DNA of 64,000 nt, from positions 7,081-71,080 of IMG/VR virus record IMGVR_UViG_3300003322_000796; one strand, written 5' to 3'. Positions 25,150 to 36,172 of this stretch are shown piece by piece; the first letter of the stretch is position 1, and every line of letters begins with the position of its first letter. The notes under the pieces are model-generated. The model was not told the origin of the DNA, ran no database searches, and worked only from the letters and a program-made list of their open reading frames with translations. Source of the stretch: a virus. The position numbers were made by a program, and so were the translations under genes.

Positions 25150-28100
25150 ATGCCCAAGCACCTCACCACCTCGGACGCGGAGGACTTCATCGCGGTCACC
25201 GAGAAGGGCGCCAACAACGGCGTCGCCCCTCTCGGTTCGGACGGCAAGGTCCCCAGCTCATTCATCCCGGGTCTCGGTGACAGCGCGGTCACCTCCGTCA
25301 ACGGGCATTTCGGCAACGTCGTCCTGACCGCCTCCGACCTGGGAGCGGTCCCCACGGCCCAGATCGGGGTGGCCAACGGTGTCGCCCCTCTGGACTCCAC
25401 CGCGCGCCTGCCGGTGAACCGGCTCCCCCTGGCCGCCGTGCAGTCCGTCAACGGCTACTCGGGCCCCTCTGTGACCCTGACGGCAGCCGACCTGGGCTCC
25501 ATCACCCAGGCCACGGCCGACGGCCGGTACATGCGCCAGGACTCCTTCGTCTACAACGCCAAGGAGCACGGGGCCGTCATCAACGGCACCACGGACGACG
25601 CCCCCGCGATCAACACCCTGCTGAGCACCTCTCCGGCCGGATCTGTGATCCTGCTGCCGCCGGGAGACGTGGCGATCAACTCGCCGATCGTCGTGCCGCC
25701 GGGCAAGACCCTCATGGGCATGCACACCAACCTGATGAAGGTCCCGGGTCTGTACGACCCGGCGGTGCGCATCAAGCCCCTGGCGACCTTCACCGGCGCT
25801 GCGGCGATCCTCTTCCTGGACCAGCCCACCGGTGGCTACACGGCCATCTCGGGTGAGCAGCGCCTGATGAACATCATGATTCACGGTGCCGTGGGCCCGT
25901 CCGGACTGGACGGCATCCAGGCCAAGGGCAACATCCAGAACGTGGTCATGCACGACGTCACTGTGCGGGACATGACCGGCAACGGCATCTACACCGGCGT
26001 GAACGCCGGGGTCTACCCGTACTCCTGGCGCCTGCACCGGGTGATGCTGGACAACAATCACGGCCACGGCGCCATGTTCCAGCTCATGACCGACCTGACG
26101 ATGATCGACTGCCAGGCGATCGGGAACTGGGCCAACGGCTTCGTGCTGAACAACCTGGCCAACAGCCAGCTCAGCTCCTGCCGGGCCGAGTGGAACGGCA
26201 ACCACGGCTACTACGTCACCGGCTCCTGGGGCACCGGCACGGGCTCCGGCGGCATGCAGATGTCGAACTGCGGCACCGACCGCAACGGCTGGCACGGCGT
26301 GTTCATCGACGCGACCGGCAACGCGCCGATCGTCCTCTCCAACCTGATGACGCGCCGGGACGGCCGCAACGGAGGCGCCGGAGGGGGTGCCTACGCGGGC
26401 GTGTGCGCGGCGGCGAGCACGGTTCCGGTCACCATCGGAGACTGGATCCAGTACCCCGGCACGGACGACAACGGAACGGGCACCAACAGCCCGCAGTACG
26501 GAGGCTCCTTCAGCGGGAACACCTCCGTCCAGATCGAGAACGCCTACCTGCACGCGAACACGGCAGGCCTGTACGACGACGGCACCAACACGTCCTTCCA
26601 GCTCGGTGCGAACATCGTCTACGCGACCGGCCCCACCACCGCCCCCGTACGCACCCAGGGCGGCGGAGTCGTGCGGACCGGCTCGCTGGTCCGCAACGTC
26701 ATGGACTACGGGGCCAAGGCGGACGACTTCACCGACGACTCCGGAGCCTTCCAGGCGGCCATCGACGCCTCTTCCCAGGGCGACGTGGTCTACGTGCCGC
26801 CGGGCAAGTACCGGCTCGCCAACACGGTCATTCTGACCCTGGGCGTGACCCTCCGGGGCGGAGGCTGGAGCCCGCACTTCGTCCCCCGGACGAACATGAC
26901 CGAGGCCTATCTCCGGCCAGGTATCGGCAACTTCCTGGGCACCGAGCTGATCCGGGTGGACCCGGCCCCCGTCGGCGGCTCGTACCTCGACTCGGCCCTC
27001 GGAGGCGGACCCCGGATCGAGGGTCTCGCCCTGAGCGGCAGGTCGACGACCAACATCACCGGCAACAACATCACCGGCATCAAGGTCTCGGCGGGCGTGA
27101 AGGACGTCCAGGTCCGCAAGGTCTCGATCTGGCAGTTCACCGGAGACGCGATCCGCACCGACGACGGCGCGGGCATGGTTTTCGATCAGGTCGTGTGCTC
27201 CACGAACGGCGGGGTCGGCTTCAACATCGTCTCGATCACCTCGGGGACCGCCGGGGCGACCGACGTCGACATGATCAACTGCTACTCGCAGGGCAACGGC
27301 GGGGACGGCTACGTGCTGGCCAACCCCAACGCCGTGACGATGACCGGCTGCCGCTCGGAGTTCAACGCGGGCCACGGCTACACCTTCACCGGCCTGAACT
27401 ACTCGCTGGTCATGACCTCCTGCAACACCGACCGGTCCGGGAAGAACGGCTTCAACTTCCTCACCCTGGACGGCGGCAAGCCTCCGCTGCTCATCGGGTG
27501 CCAGGCCAAGCGGGACGGAAGCAGCGCCGGAACCTGGGCGGGCTTCAACTTCCAGGGAACCAACTCCGGCACCCAGGCCCCGGGCGGCATCCTCCAGGGA
27601 TGCAGCGCCTACGTGGGCCGCAACGACGACAACTCCGGCACCCGGTCTCCCGCGTACGGCGTGCAGACCCTGTTTGCCCGCCGGGTCCAGATGTCCGGCG
27701 GCTGGATCGAGGGCACCACCGGTCCGTACAACGACACCACGGTGGCCATCAGCAAAACCTCCGGGATCGTCCAGGTCACGATCGACCCTTCCACGGGCAC
27801 CGGGACCATCTCCAACTCCGACCGGATGGACATCAACGGCTCCCCGGGGTCGACCCGAGCCCTGAGGTTCTTCAGCCGGGGATCCGGGCAGCGCTGGGAG
27901 GTCCGGGCGAACTCCACCTCGGAGGCGGGCTCCAACGCCGGGTCGGACTTCGACATCTCCCGATGGAGCGATGCCGGAGCGGAGATCGACGTCCCCTTCC
28001 GGATCACCCGCTCCACGGGCGTGGTGCGCTTCACCAAGCCCCCGACCCTCAATTCGACGTCATTCACCACACTGGGCTGGATCAGCGTCAAGGACTACGG

Positions 28101-29697
28101 CGCGCTGGGTGACGGCACCACGGACGACACCACGGCCATCCAGGCCGCTCTGACGGCCTGCCCGGTCGGCGGAGTGGTCTACATGCCCCTGGGCGTGTAT
28201 CGCACCAGCGCGCCCCTCCTCGTGCCTCCCTACGTGACCCTGACGGGCACGCACGGCGGCGGTGAGGCGCAGAGCACGTCCTCTCCCACCCCGTCGTGCA
28301 TCAAGCCCCTGGGGAGCTTCACCGGCGCCGCTGTGGTCCAGGTGGTGGACCAGCAGATCGGCGGTTACGCGACCATCTCGTCCGAGGTGAAGATCGAGAA
28401 CCTCACCATCAACGGCTCCTCGCTGCCCACCGGGTCCGTGGCGGGTATCCAGATGAAGGGGCAGATCCAGCACATCACCATCCGGGACGTGCAGGTCCGG
28501 CAGGTCACCGGCAACGGGTTCGACACCGCCTACAACCTGAGCGCCCCTCCCGGCCCCCAGGCGCCCTTCTGCCTCCACTGGGAGCGGCTCTCGGCCCTGT
28601 GGTGCGGCGGGACAGGGTTCGCCCTCAACAACTCCACGGACAGCTACTTCGGGGACTGCTACGCCCTGGGGTGCAGCAGTTGGGGCTGGTACGTGGCGGG
28701 CGCCAACGGCTCGACGTGGATCGGCTGCCGCGCCGAGTGGTCCGGCACCGACGGGTTCTTCCTCGCCACGAACACCGCCGTGCAGACTTTCGTGGGGTGC
28801 TCCACGGACCGCAACGGGCAGCACGGGTTCAACATCGGCAGCTCCACCAGCACCGGCACGATCGTGCTGTCCGGCTGCCGGTTGACCCGGGACGGCCGCA
28901 GCTCCACCACCTCCGGGTACGCCGGTCTCAAGGTCAACACGACGACCCGGAAGGTGTTCGCGGAAGGGCTGATCGTCACCACCGGCCGTGACGACGACGG
29001 CACGACCGGCAACCTGACTCCGCAGTACGGCGTGTCCGTCTCCGGATCCTCGTACGTCGTGGTGGCCTCGGGTGACGTCAACGGTGTGACCACCGCCTGG
29101 AACGACGGCGGCGGCAACACCACCCTCCTGCGGGGAGGGATGGTCACAGGCTCGGACATCACCTCGTGGAACTGGGCCGGGACCGCGATCAGCGTGGCGG
29201 CCACCGCCGGGTCGATCGTCCTCCAGTCCAGCGTCACGGGCGATTCCCAGCAGCGGATGACGGTCGGTGCGGACGGCAAACTGAGCTGGGGATCCGGTAC
29301 CGCCGTGCCGGACACCAACCTGTACCGCAGCGCTGCGGCCACCCTGAAGACGGACTCGTTCTTCTCGATGGGCGGATCCGGCCAGGCCTCCGGCGCCTTC
29401 TCGGTCTTCACCGGGGCGGCCAAGGCCCTGATCGCGGGAACCGCCGGGGGCGGTCTGGCGGTCAAGGAGGGCACCAACGCCCGCTCCGGAGTGGTGACCC
29501 TGTCCGGCGGCACGGCCACGGTGTCCAACACCAGCGTGACGGCCACGACCAGGATCCAGTTGACCTCCCAGGCCGACGGCGGCACTCCGGGATGGCTGCG
29601 GGTGTCGGCACGGACGGCAGGAACTTCGTTCACCATCACGTCCAGCTCGGCCTCGGACACCTCGACCGTGGCGTACTTCATGGTGGAGCCCGCGTAG
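25150..29697 (+). CDS. large fibre or tailspike with three pectate-lyase-like beta-helix domains
   Basis: Three N/SVxDYGA-GDG-TDD-xA-Q-A entry motifs (about 25550, 26695, 28080); Asn/Gly-rich beta-helix repeats; N-terminus shared with the upstream gene. Confidence 0.88.
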   Translation: MPKHLTTSDAEDFIAVTEKGANNGVAPLGSDGKVPSSFIPGLGDSAVTSVNGHFGNVVLTASDLGAVPTAQIGVANGVAPLDSTARLPVNRLPLAAVQSVNGYSGPSVTLTAADLGSITQATADGRYMRQDSFVYNAKEHGAVINGTTDDAPAINTLLSTSPAGSVILLPPGDVAINSPIVVPPGKTLMGMHTNLMKVPGLYDPAVRIKPLATFTGAAAILFLDQPTGGYTAISGEQRLMNIMIHGAVGPSGLDGIQAKGNIQNVVMHDVTVRDMTGNGIYTGVNAGVYPYSWRLHRVMLDNNHGHGAMFQLMTDLTMIDCQAIGNWANGFVLNNLANSQLSSCRAEWNGNHGYYVTGSWGTGTGSGGMQMSNCGTDRNGWHGVFIDATGNAPIVLSNLMTRRDGRNGGAGGGAYAGVCAAASTVPVTIGDWIQYPGTDDNGTGTNSPQYGGSFSGNTSVQIENAYLHANTAGLYDDGTNTSFQLGANIVYATGPTTAPVRTQGGGVVRTGSLVRNVMDYGAKADDFTDDSGAFQAAIDASSQGDVVYVPPGKYRLANTVILTLGVTLRGGGWSPHFVPRTNMTEAYLRPGIGNFLGTELIRVDPAPVGGSYLDSALGGGPRIEGLALSGRSTTNITGNNITGIKVSAGVKDVQVRKVSIWQFTGDAIRTDDGAGMVFDQVVCSTNGGVGFNIVSITSGTAGATDVDMINCYSQGNGGDGYVLANPNAVTMTGCRSEFNAGHGYTFTGLNYSLVMTSCNTDRSGKNGFNFLTLDGGKPPLLIGCQAKRDGSSAGTWAGFNFQGTNSGTQAPGGILQGCSAYVGRNDDNSGTRSPAYGVQTLFARRVQMSGGWIEGTTGPYNDTTVAISKTSGIVQVTIDPSTGTGTISNSDRMDINGSPGSTRALRFFSRGSGQRWEVRANSTSEAGSNAGSDFDISRWSDAGAEIDVPFRITRSTGVVRFTKPPTLNSTSFTTLGWISVKDYGALGDGTTDDTTAIQAALTACPVGGVVYMPLGVYRTSAPLLVPPYVTLTGTHGGGEAQSTSSPTPSCIKPLGSFTGAAVVQVVDQQIGGYATISSEVKIENLTINGSSLPTGSVAGIQMKGQIQHITIRDVQVRQVTGNGFDTAYNLSAPPGPQAPFCLHWERLSALWCGGTGFALNNSTDSYFGDCYALGCSSWGWYVAGANGSTWIGCRAEWSGTDGFFLATNTAVQTFVGCSTDRNGQHGFNIGSSTSTGTIVLSGCRLTRDGRSSTTSGYAGLKVNTTTRKVFAEGLIVTTGRDDDGTTGNLTPQYGVSVSGSSYVVVASGDVNGVTTAWNDGGGNTTLLRGGMVTGSDITSWNWAGTAISVAATAGSIVLQSSVTGDSQQRMTVGADGKLSWGSGTAVPDTNLYRSAAATLKTDSFFSMGGSGQASGAFSVFTGAAKALIAGTAGGGLAVKEGTNARSGVVTLSGGTATVSNTSVTATTRIQLTSQADGGTPGWLRVSARTAGTSFTITSSSASDTSTVAYFMVEPA

Positions 29698-29767
29698 ACC
29701 GGGTTCCGCGTCAGATCTGCATAAGCGGGCACCCTTCCTGGGGACAACTTTCCAGGAAGGAGCCCTC

Positions 29768-29839
29768 ATGTACCCCTACGGCCTCGGGACGATCCTGCTC
29801 GTCGTACTGATCGTCATCCTGATCGTGGTTCTGGTGTGA
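29768..29839 (+). CDS. 23-aa single-helix membrane peptide, not in the ORF track
   Basis: GGAAGGAG RBS; MYPYGLGTILLVVLIVILIVVLV. Confidence 0.55.
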   Translation: MYPYGLGTILLVVLIVILIVVLV

Positions 29840-29841
29840 CC

Positions 29842-29875
29842 CTGTCCTCCCCGCTCTTGCTCCCCGGAAGGGGTG
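29842..29875 (+). promoter_or_regulatory. late-promoter-like motif, copy 3
   Basis: CTGTCC-N20-AAGGGGTG. Confidence 0.75.
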
Positions 29876-29891
29876 AGACCGAGGAGGACGC

Positions 29892-32800
29892 ATGGGGCTT
29901 GGACGCCGTGAAAGCAGGCACGAGACTGCCCTGTCGATGAAGCACGCGGCGGCACAGCCGTACCCGGCCGACTTCCACGAGGGTCAGCGCGTGATGACGG
30001 TCGACGGCATCCCCGGCACCGTGGAAGAGGTCATCTACTCCGGCGTCCTGGGGGAGGAGTACGACGTCGTCCTCGATAACGGCGCGGGCCGGGGCACCTA
30101 CTCGGCCTCCCAGCTCACCCCGTACGCCACCGGCACCCGGCAGGCCTCCAGCGTCCATCTGGCCTCCGACGACTACCCGGAGCTGGAGCAGGTCCTCCAG
30201 GAGCGGCCCGACATCGCCCTGCCGGTCCGGATGGGCTCGCTCCAGACCACGGCGGCCGTTCCGCAGTTCCAGTTCGAGCACGAGGACCGGGACACGGGCG
30301 GATCGAAGTTCCCCATCAAGAGGACCCTGCGCGCGATCCACCCGGAGACGGGTGAGCACGCAGGGACCCTGAACTACTTCCCGCCCAAGCGCAAGGGCGG
30401 CATCGTGACGGTGGACAGCCTGGAGGGCGGTCATCCGGGCGCGGCATCGGCGCTGATGAACGAGATGGAAGACCGGCACCCGGGCAGTCGCGTCAAGCAC
30501 GCCAACGACATGCCGATCAGCAAAGAGAAGAAGTTCTACGACCACCCCGACTACGGCAAGGCCACGGACTGGGACCAGCATCTGCCGAACCTCGGGGACA
30601 CGATTCACCGGGGCATGAGCGTCAAGCTGGAGCCCTGGGACGCCAAGCAGATCAACAGCGGCGAAGGGTCGGCCGCTGACCATGCCGAGATCCTCCGGCA
30701 GCACCTGCACAGCACCGGCCCGCTCGGCATGCACTGGTCTACCAACGAGGACATCAGCCGGAACTTCGCACACCGCAACATCCGGGATCCGCGCACTGAG
30801 GTGCCGATGATTCTGCACGCGGACACTCCGGACCCCAAGCACATCGAGACGCGCCCCAGTGTTCTGAAGAACAACGGCGTCTGGTCGCACGACTACGAGT
30901 ACGGCGACGCCGAGGTCCCCATGCGCCGGGGCAAGCCGATGAGCATCAAGGGCATCTCCTGGAAGCCGGACGCTCCGCACCCCGAGGCCGACGAGAACGG
31001 CTGGGTCCACCACACCTTCTCCGAGCCGATGCAGCACACTGCCTCGCACATCGTGCTGGCCGAGAACGACTACCGGATGATGCACGGTGCGCCCGGCCCC
31101 GGTGAGGGCAACAACCACCTCGGGGAGATGGGCCACGAGGGCGAGATGGTGGACATCTACCGCTCAGCCCCGCACGGCACGAACGTGATCAACAAGGGCG
31201 ACTACGCCCACCAGCACGGCTACGGTGCGGGCCCGCGCGACAGCGACTGGCCGGTCATGCACGCCCGCGTACCCGCTGAGCACGTCTGGACGGACCACAA
31301 CGACGAGAACGAGCAGGGCTACCAGGGGCCGGACCTCCACCAGCCCGGCTTCCACCACCCCGAGCTGGGCCACATCACGCACGAGGACGCCCGGATCGGC
31401 GAGGAGGACCACAAGGCCCAGGACATCCACCTCCTGAGCCCTCCGGCCGCCGAGAAGACCTACAACGGCGGAGCCGTGGCCCTGAGCCCTGAGGTGCACG
31501 ACTTCGTCCACGACAAGTCCCGGCCGATGGCCGAACGCGCCCAGAAGCTCTACCAGCACCTGCCCGCCTCCTCGTGGATCCACAACGACGAGCACGCGGA
31601 CCCGGACGACGCCTCCATGGACTCGGACATCGACGCCGAGGAGCACACCGGTGGAGAACGGCCTCCGACGCACTTCGTGCTGCACGGCGAGGAGGGCGGA
31701 GGCGGTCAGCACCACGGGATCTCGTGGGCCGAGGGCACGCACGACTACGAGGAGAACTACGCGCCCTCGTACCCCGGCGAGTACACCCACCACTCGATGG
31801 TCGACGGCTCGCACTACAAGACCAGTGCCAAGCAGGCGAACCAGCAGGACGGCGGCTTCGCCGACACGGCCGACGCCATCCCCGAGGAGGAGATCGTGGC
31901 CCACGGCTCGGTGGACCCGTACGAGATGCTGACCCTCGCGGCGGCGGATCCCGATTTTAAATTCCACGTCACGGCGGCCTGGGCCGACGTCCGCGCGAAG
32001 GCGAAGCGGATCCGCTCCGAGGGAGGGGTGCGCATCACCCTCGCGAGCGACGGAGTGGTCTTCGGAGAGGTCCAGGGGGACCACCACGTCTACGAGACCG
32101 GCGTGCAGCGCCTGCCCGGCGCCCGCAACTCGATCGCCACGTACTCCTGCGGCTGCAAGTGGGGCGCGTACCACTGGGGCGCCCCCGACGACTTCAGCCG
32201 GTTCGCGGGCCGGATGTGCTCGCACGCCCTCGCGCTCCAGTACGAGGCCATGAGCCGAGGCATGTTCGGCCGGGACGTCACCGAGGACTCCGCGAAGCCC
32301 GAGTGGGTGCCGGAGAAGGTCGTCCTGCGCTACGACATCGACTCCGGCGAGAACCGCATGGTGCGGTCCAGCGCCATGGAGGAGCAGAGGTACTACCACG
32401 GCACCTCGCACCCCTTCCAGCCCGGCGACATGGTGGACCCCTCGTACGAACTGGGCGGCCGGAGGGGCAACTCGCACGCCTTCATGACCTCGGACCCGCA
32501 GGTGGCTCACAACTACGCCAAGCACAAGGCGTGGGCCCAGGGGATGTTCGACGACACGGTCCAGCCGCACGCCTTCGAGGTGCGCCCGACAGGCCCCGTG
32601 GAGAAGGACGACACCGTGGGAGACGAGTTCGGAGCGTTCCGGACCCGGCATCCCATGCAGATCGTCCGGGAGATCTTCCCCGGCGAGCACCACCAGGCCT
32701 CCCTGGAGATCACCCCGCTGCTGGCTCTGGCCCGCTACGCCCACCGCAACGGCGAGCTGGACGAGCTGGAGTTCACCATGCGGTCCCTGGGTTTCATGGT

Positions 32801-33758
32801 CGACTCGGCCATCAGCTCCCCGTGGGGCGAACCCTCGCCGGAGGCCCCGCAGTACGCCCCGGGCCCGACCAAGCCCCGCAACCCGGCAGAGAATCCCGGC
32901 TCGGTGGGCTGGGCCTCCCAGGGGGACCCGGACACCTGGGACTCGATCATGCCCAACGAGCTGGGCGACCGGGTGGCCTCCCTCAACGACGAGTTCATGT
33001 TCGAGGCGGCCATCCCCTCGGAGATCGCGCACTCTGACGACCCTCTGGCGGCCTCGGAGAACACCGAGGGGTTCCCGGGCGAGATGCAGATGATGGCGGC
33101 CGAGAGCGGCCCTGACAGGCCTTCCGGGCCCAAGGGGGGATCGGGCGGCCGGATGCCTCCGGGCCACCCGGGGATGCCCCAGCACGAGGAGCTGAAGGAG
33201 AGCCTCGGTGAGGACCTGGAGAAGTCGGCCTTCTGGCAGATGCTCCTGAGGGCGGCACCGGCCATCATCAACGGTGTCACGCACATGATGGACAGCAAGA
33301 AGGACGGCGGGGACGAGGAGGAAGAGAAGCCCGGTCCCACGCCGGACATCACCTCCCAGACCCAGGCGACCCTGCACATGCAGCCGGAGGGGGCACTGCC
33401 CTTCACCGACGGAGACGGGCCGGACCTCACTGACGACGAGTCCCTCACGCCGCCCCGTGCGGCCTCCCTGGCCGTCAGCGACGTCGTGGCGCAGTTCCAG
33501 GCCACTGCCGGGTATCTGGCGCCCGGAGGGAGCCCCCAGGCCGTCACAGCGCCTCTCAGCGGCCGTGGTGACGCCTCCGAGATCGCGCAGGCGGCACGGG
33601 CCGCTCTGGCCAAGGTCGCGGTGAAGGACTACACCCCGGCCGAGCAAGCTGCGATCATCAACGAGGGCCACAACGTCAGGGCCTCCAACCTGGACCGGCT
33701 CGACATCGGTGACACCCACTACGCCCACCTGAACGACGAGGACGAGATCTCATGGTGA
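29892..33758 (+). CDS. 1288-aa multidomain (polyvalent-type) head-region protein
   Basis: KOW/SH3-like, GNAT-like, two ART-like, SWIM (YSCGC...CSH) and Arr-like ART (YYHGT...FEVRPTG) segments. Confidence 0.85.
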   Translation: MGLGRRESRHETALSMKHAAAQPYPADFHEGQRVMTVDGIPGTVEEVIYSGVLGEEYDVVLDNGAGRGTYSASQLTPYATGTRQASSVHLASDDYPELEQVLQERPDIALPVRMGSLQTTAAVPQFQFEHEDRDTGGSKFPIKRTLRAIHPETGEHAGTLNYFPPKRKGGIVTVDSLEGGHPGAASALMNEMEDRHPGSRVKHANDMPISKEKKFYDHPDYGKATDWDQHLPNLGDTIHRGMSVKLEPWDAKQINSGEGSAADHAEILRQHLHSTGPLGMHWSTNEDISRNFAHRNIRDPRTEVPMILHADTPDPKHIETRPSVLKNNGVWSHDYEYGDAEVPMRRGKPMSIKGISWKPDAPHPEADENGWVHHTFSEPMQHTASHIVLAENDYRMMHGAPGPGEGNNHLGEMGHEGEMVDIYRSAPHGTNVINKGDYAHQHGYGAGPRDSDWPVMHARVPAEHVWTDHNDENEQGYQGPDLHQPGFHHPELGHITHEDARIGEEDHKAQDIHLLSPPAAEKTYNGGAVALSPEVHDFVHDKSRPMAERAQKLYQHLPASSWIHNDEHADPDDASMDSDIDAEEHTGGERPPTHFVLHGEEGGGGQHHGISWAEGTHDYEENYAPSYPGEYTHHSMVDGSHYKTSAKQANQQDGGFADTADAIPEEEIVAHGSVDPYEMLTLAAADPDFKFHVTAAWADVRAKAKRIRSEGGVRITLASDGVVFGEVQGDHHVYETGVQRLPGARNSIATYSCGCKWGAYHWGAPDDFSRFAGRMCSHALALQYEAMSRGMFGRDVTEDSAKPEWVPEKVVLRYDIDSGENRMVRSSAMEEQRYYHGTSHPFQPGDMVDPSYELGGRRGNSHAFMTSDPQVAHNYAKHKAWAQGMFDDTVQPHAFEVRPTGPVEKDDTVGDEFGAFRTRHPMQIVREIFPGEHHQASLEITPLLALARYAHRNGELDELEFTMRSLGFMVDSAISSPWGEPSPEAPQYAPGPTKPRNPAENPGSVGWASQGDPDTWDSIMPNELGDRVASLNDEFMFEAAIPSEIAHSDDPLAASENTEGFPGEMQMMAAESGPDRPSGPKGGSGGRMPPGHPGMPQHEELKESLGEDLEKSAFWQMLLRAAPAIINGVTHMMDSKKDGGDEEEEKPGPTPDITSQTQATLHMQPEGALPFTDGDGPDLTDDESLTPPRAASLAVSDVVAQFQATAGYLAPGGSPQAVTAPLSGRGDASEIAQAARAALAKVAVKDYTPAEQAAIINEGHNVRASNLDRLDIGDTHYAHLNDEDEISW

Positions 33759-34165
33759 AGACCAGCAAGGACACGGACCAGGACGTCCCGCTGCTCACCC
33801 CGCCGAAGCCGGGGGAGGAGCTGTTCGGGGGAGAGGGCAAGTCCTACAAGGTCACCAAGGACGTACATCCCTTCCAGCTCATGGAGGAGGTCTACGCGCG
33901 CCTCGGGGACCGCACAAAGTACGAGGTGGCCGCCCACCTGGAGGACGACGACAAGCCGGTCTCCGAGGAGAACCCGCTCACCCTCCACCTCTACGGGGAC
34001 GTGGATCTGCGTACGGTGCGCGGGGTCGTGGAGTCCCACGAGAAGGACGAGGACTACGGCCTCAGCGACGAGGAGAAGGAGCTGAACGCCCTCAAGGCGA
34101 GGCTCGCCTCCGGAGAGGACCTTCCCACCTCCGAGCTGAACCGGCTCCTCCGGAGCATGCTGTAG
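33752..34165 (+). CDS. acidic hypothetical protein
   Basis: 137 aa; overlaps the upstream stop. Confidence 0.8.
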   Translation: MVKTSKDTDQDVPLLTPPKPGEELFGGEGKSYKVTKDVHPFQLMEEVYARLGDRTKYEVAAHLEDDDKPVSEENPLTLHLYGDVDLRTVRGVVESHEKDEDYGLSDEEKELNALKARLASGEDLPTSELNRLLRSML

Positions 34166-34220
34166 CGCTCCAACCTTTCTTGGAGTACCATGGGTCCATA
34201 CCGACTCCTCAGGAGGATCC

Positions 34221-34433
34221 ATGGCCTACTTCCTCGACCCCGAACTGGACGCACTGACCACCGGCAAGAGCCGTCCGGCCGCCGGAAGCCCCCGGGTGAA
34301 CCCGGACAAGCCGAGGCGCCCCAACAAGTTCGGGAAGAAGTGCCACGGATGCGGTAGCTGGGTGAACGCGGGCGCCGGATACCTGGACCAGGCCCACGGG
34401 GGCTGGGTCGTGTACTGCGCCACCTGTCCCTGA
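34221..34433 (+). CDS. small Zn-finger protein
   Basis: AGGAGG RBS; CHGC...YCATC. Confidence 0.75.
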   Translation: MAYFLDPELDALTTGKSRPAAGSPRVNPDKPRRPNKFGKKCHGCGSWVNAGAGYLDQAHGGWVVYCATCP

Positions 34434-34440
34434 GGGAGCC

Positions 34441-34641
34441 ATGCAGACGTACGTGATCGTGGAGGGTCCTCCCGGGACCTTCCGCGTACGCAAGGGCCGC
34501 CACCTGCTGCCGGAGGAATTCGACAGCGAGGACGCGGCCCTCAAGCGTGTGGACGTCGTGAAGGCGCCAGGCGACAGGGTGCTCGCGGAGGGCGAGGACG
34601 GCTATCGTAGGCCTGTGCGGCGGAAGCACTGGCGACGGTGA
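34441..34641 (+). CDS. small basic protein
   Basis: GGGAG RBS; 66 aa. Confidence 0.7.
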   Translation: MQTYVIVEGPPGTFRVRKGRHLLPEEFDSEDAALKRVDVVKAPGDRVLAEGEDGYRRPVRRKHWRR

Positions 34642-34843
34642 CAGTACGCGCTTGCAACCAACGATTCCGTGACTAAGCCCCGGGACCGAATTTAAAAACG
34701 GCTCCGCTCAACCCTGCGGAGCTGTGACTCACAGTCAGTAGCAGGCCCTATGTGGTGTTGAACACCATGAAGGCCTGGATATGGACAACGTGACCAGAAG
34801 ACGGTTGAATGAATCCCGAGCGGAAGGCCGCTCTCTGGCATTC

Positions 34844-34878
34844 GAAGCCCCTTTGCCCCCTCTGGGCAGAGGGGCTTC
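34844..34878 (+). terminator. terminator before the lysis module
   Basis: GAAGCCCCT-TTGCCC...GGGCAG-AGGGGCTTC. Confidence 0.7.
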
Positions 34879-34884
34879 GTTCTG

Positions 34885-34918
34885 CTGTCCTAGGAGCAGC
34901 CAGGGCCGAGAAAGGTTG
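34885..34918 (+). promoter_or_regulatory. late-promoter-like motif, copy 4 (variant)
   Basis: CTGTCC-N20-AAAGGTTG. Confidence 0.6.
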
Positions 34919-35005
34919 AAGGGCCACCATTTAGAGCGATGAAGGAGGCAGCCATGTCGGTTACTCGGCGTGCTCCCTTGTCGTTTCCGACTGATGGAGG
35001 TCCTC

Positions 35006-35344
35006 GTGGCAAATGAGCCGTTGGGCAAAGACGACTTCAACCGCCACGTAGACCGGCACGACCGAGTCCACGCCGACCTGGACGCCAGGATCGCACGGGA
35101 TATGGTCCCCCTCCCGCTCTACACGGCGGACCAGCGGACCATCGAGCGGCGCCTGACGAACCTGGAGACCGCGCTCGCCACCAAGGCGGACGACGCCGAT
35201 CTTCAGCCGATCAGGGACCGCCTGGACAAGGTCGAGCAGCGCCCGGCGAACGTGCGGAACTACCTGATCGCGCTGGCCGGACTCGGACTGACTCTTCTGG
35301 GCATCGTGGTGAGCGCCTACTTCTCGGCCAAGGGGTCTGGATGA
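35006..35344 (+). CDS. lysis-cassette membrane protein (coiled coil plus C-terminal TM)
   Basis: Start re-called at GTG 35006 after GGAGG; C-terminal hydrophobic helix. Confidence 0.75.
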   Translation: MANEPLGKDDFNRHVDRHDRVHADLDARIARDMVPLPLYTADQRTIERRLTNLETALATKADDADLQPIRDRLDKVEQRPANVRNYLIALAGLGLTLLGIVVSAYFSAKGSG

Positions 35345-36162
35345 GTTCTCACGCGAAAAAGCCCGAGTCGACAGAGGGCGGCTGGTTCGACCGGAACCAG
35401 TTCCGGGTGCTGAAGGTGGCCGTTGCGGTCATCTTCGGTCTCGTCCTGCTGACGGGCGGTTACGTCTCGTACCAGCTCTTCAAGCTCTCCGACCGGACCA
35501 ACCAGCAGGGCGTGACCATCAGCGCCCTGTCAGAGAGCCTGGACAGCTCCCGCGAGCAGCTTCAGGACCATGGGATAACTCCGACCGTGCCCCCGGCCAA
35601 GACCGTGGTGGAGCAGGTCAAGGGAGATCCTGGCGCCAAGGGCGACACCGGAGCCCAGGGCGTGCAAGGACCTGCTGGCCCTCCCGGCCCTTCGGGCTCT
35701 CCTGGACCCCGTGGTCCCAAGGGCGATACGGGAAACATGGGCCAGGCAGGGGCCCCGGGTGTCGCTGGTGAAACCGGCCCTTCCGGCGCACCCGGGGCCA
35801 ATGGAGTCGACGGCCCGCAGGGGGTCCAGGGGGAGCCGGGACCGGCGGGTCCCAAGGGCGAGCCCGGAGACCCTGGGCCGACCGGCCCTACCGGCCCTCC
35901 AGGGCCGCAGGGGACCCTTCCTCAGACGATGACCCTCAACCACGCTGACGGAACCAGCGAGACCTGCACGCTCCAGAGCGATGGTTCAACGTACAACTGC
36001 TCGGGTAACGGACCTGCACCGCAGCCGTCTGGAAGCGACTCTCCGAGCACTCAGGTAACGGCATCGGACTACCACCGTGACAGGGCTCCTGAGCAGCCGC
36101 AAAGGCCCTCGGGATTGTCACAGGTGTATGCGATCGTTAGCGAGAGAAAGCGTTCCGTGTAG
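35341..36162 (+). CDS. membrane-anchored collagen-like protein
   Basis: N-terminal TM, coiled coil, then uninterrupted Gly-X-Y repeats at about 35620-35925. Confidence 0.85.
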   Translation: MSSHAKKPESTEGGWFDRNQFRVLKVAVAVIFGLVLLTGGYVSYQLFKLSDRTNQQGVTISALSESLDSSREQLQDHGITPTVPPAKTVVEQVKGDPGAKGDTGAQGVQGPAGPPGPSGSPGPRGPKGDTGNMGQAGAPGVAGETGPSGAPGANGVDGPQGVQGEPGPAGPKGEPGDPGPTGPTGPPGPQGTLPQTMTLNHADGTSETCTLQSDGSTYNCSGNGPAPQPSGSDSPSTQVTASDYHRDRAPEQPQRPSGLSQVYAIVSERKRSV

Positions 36163-36172
36163 GGGGTGAGCA

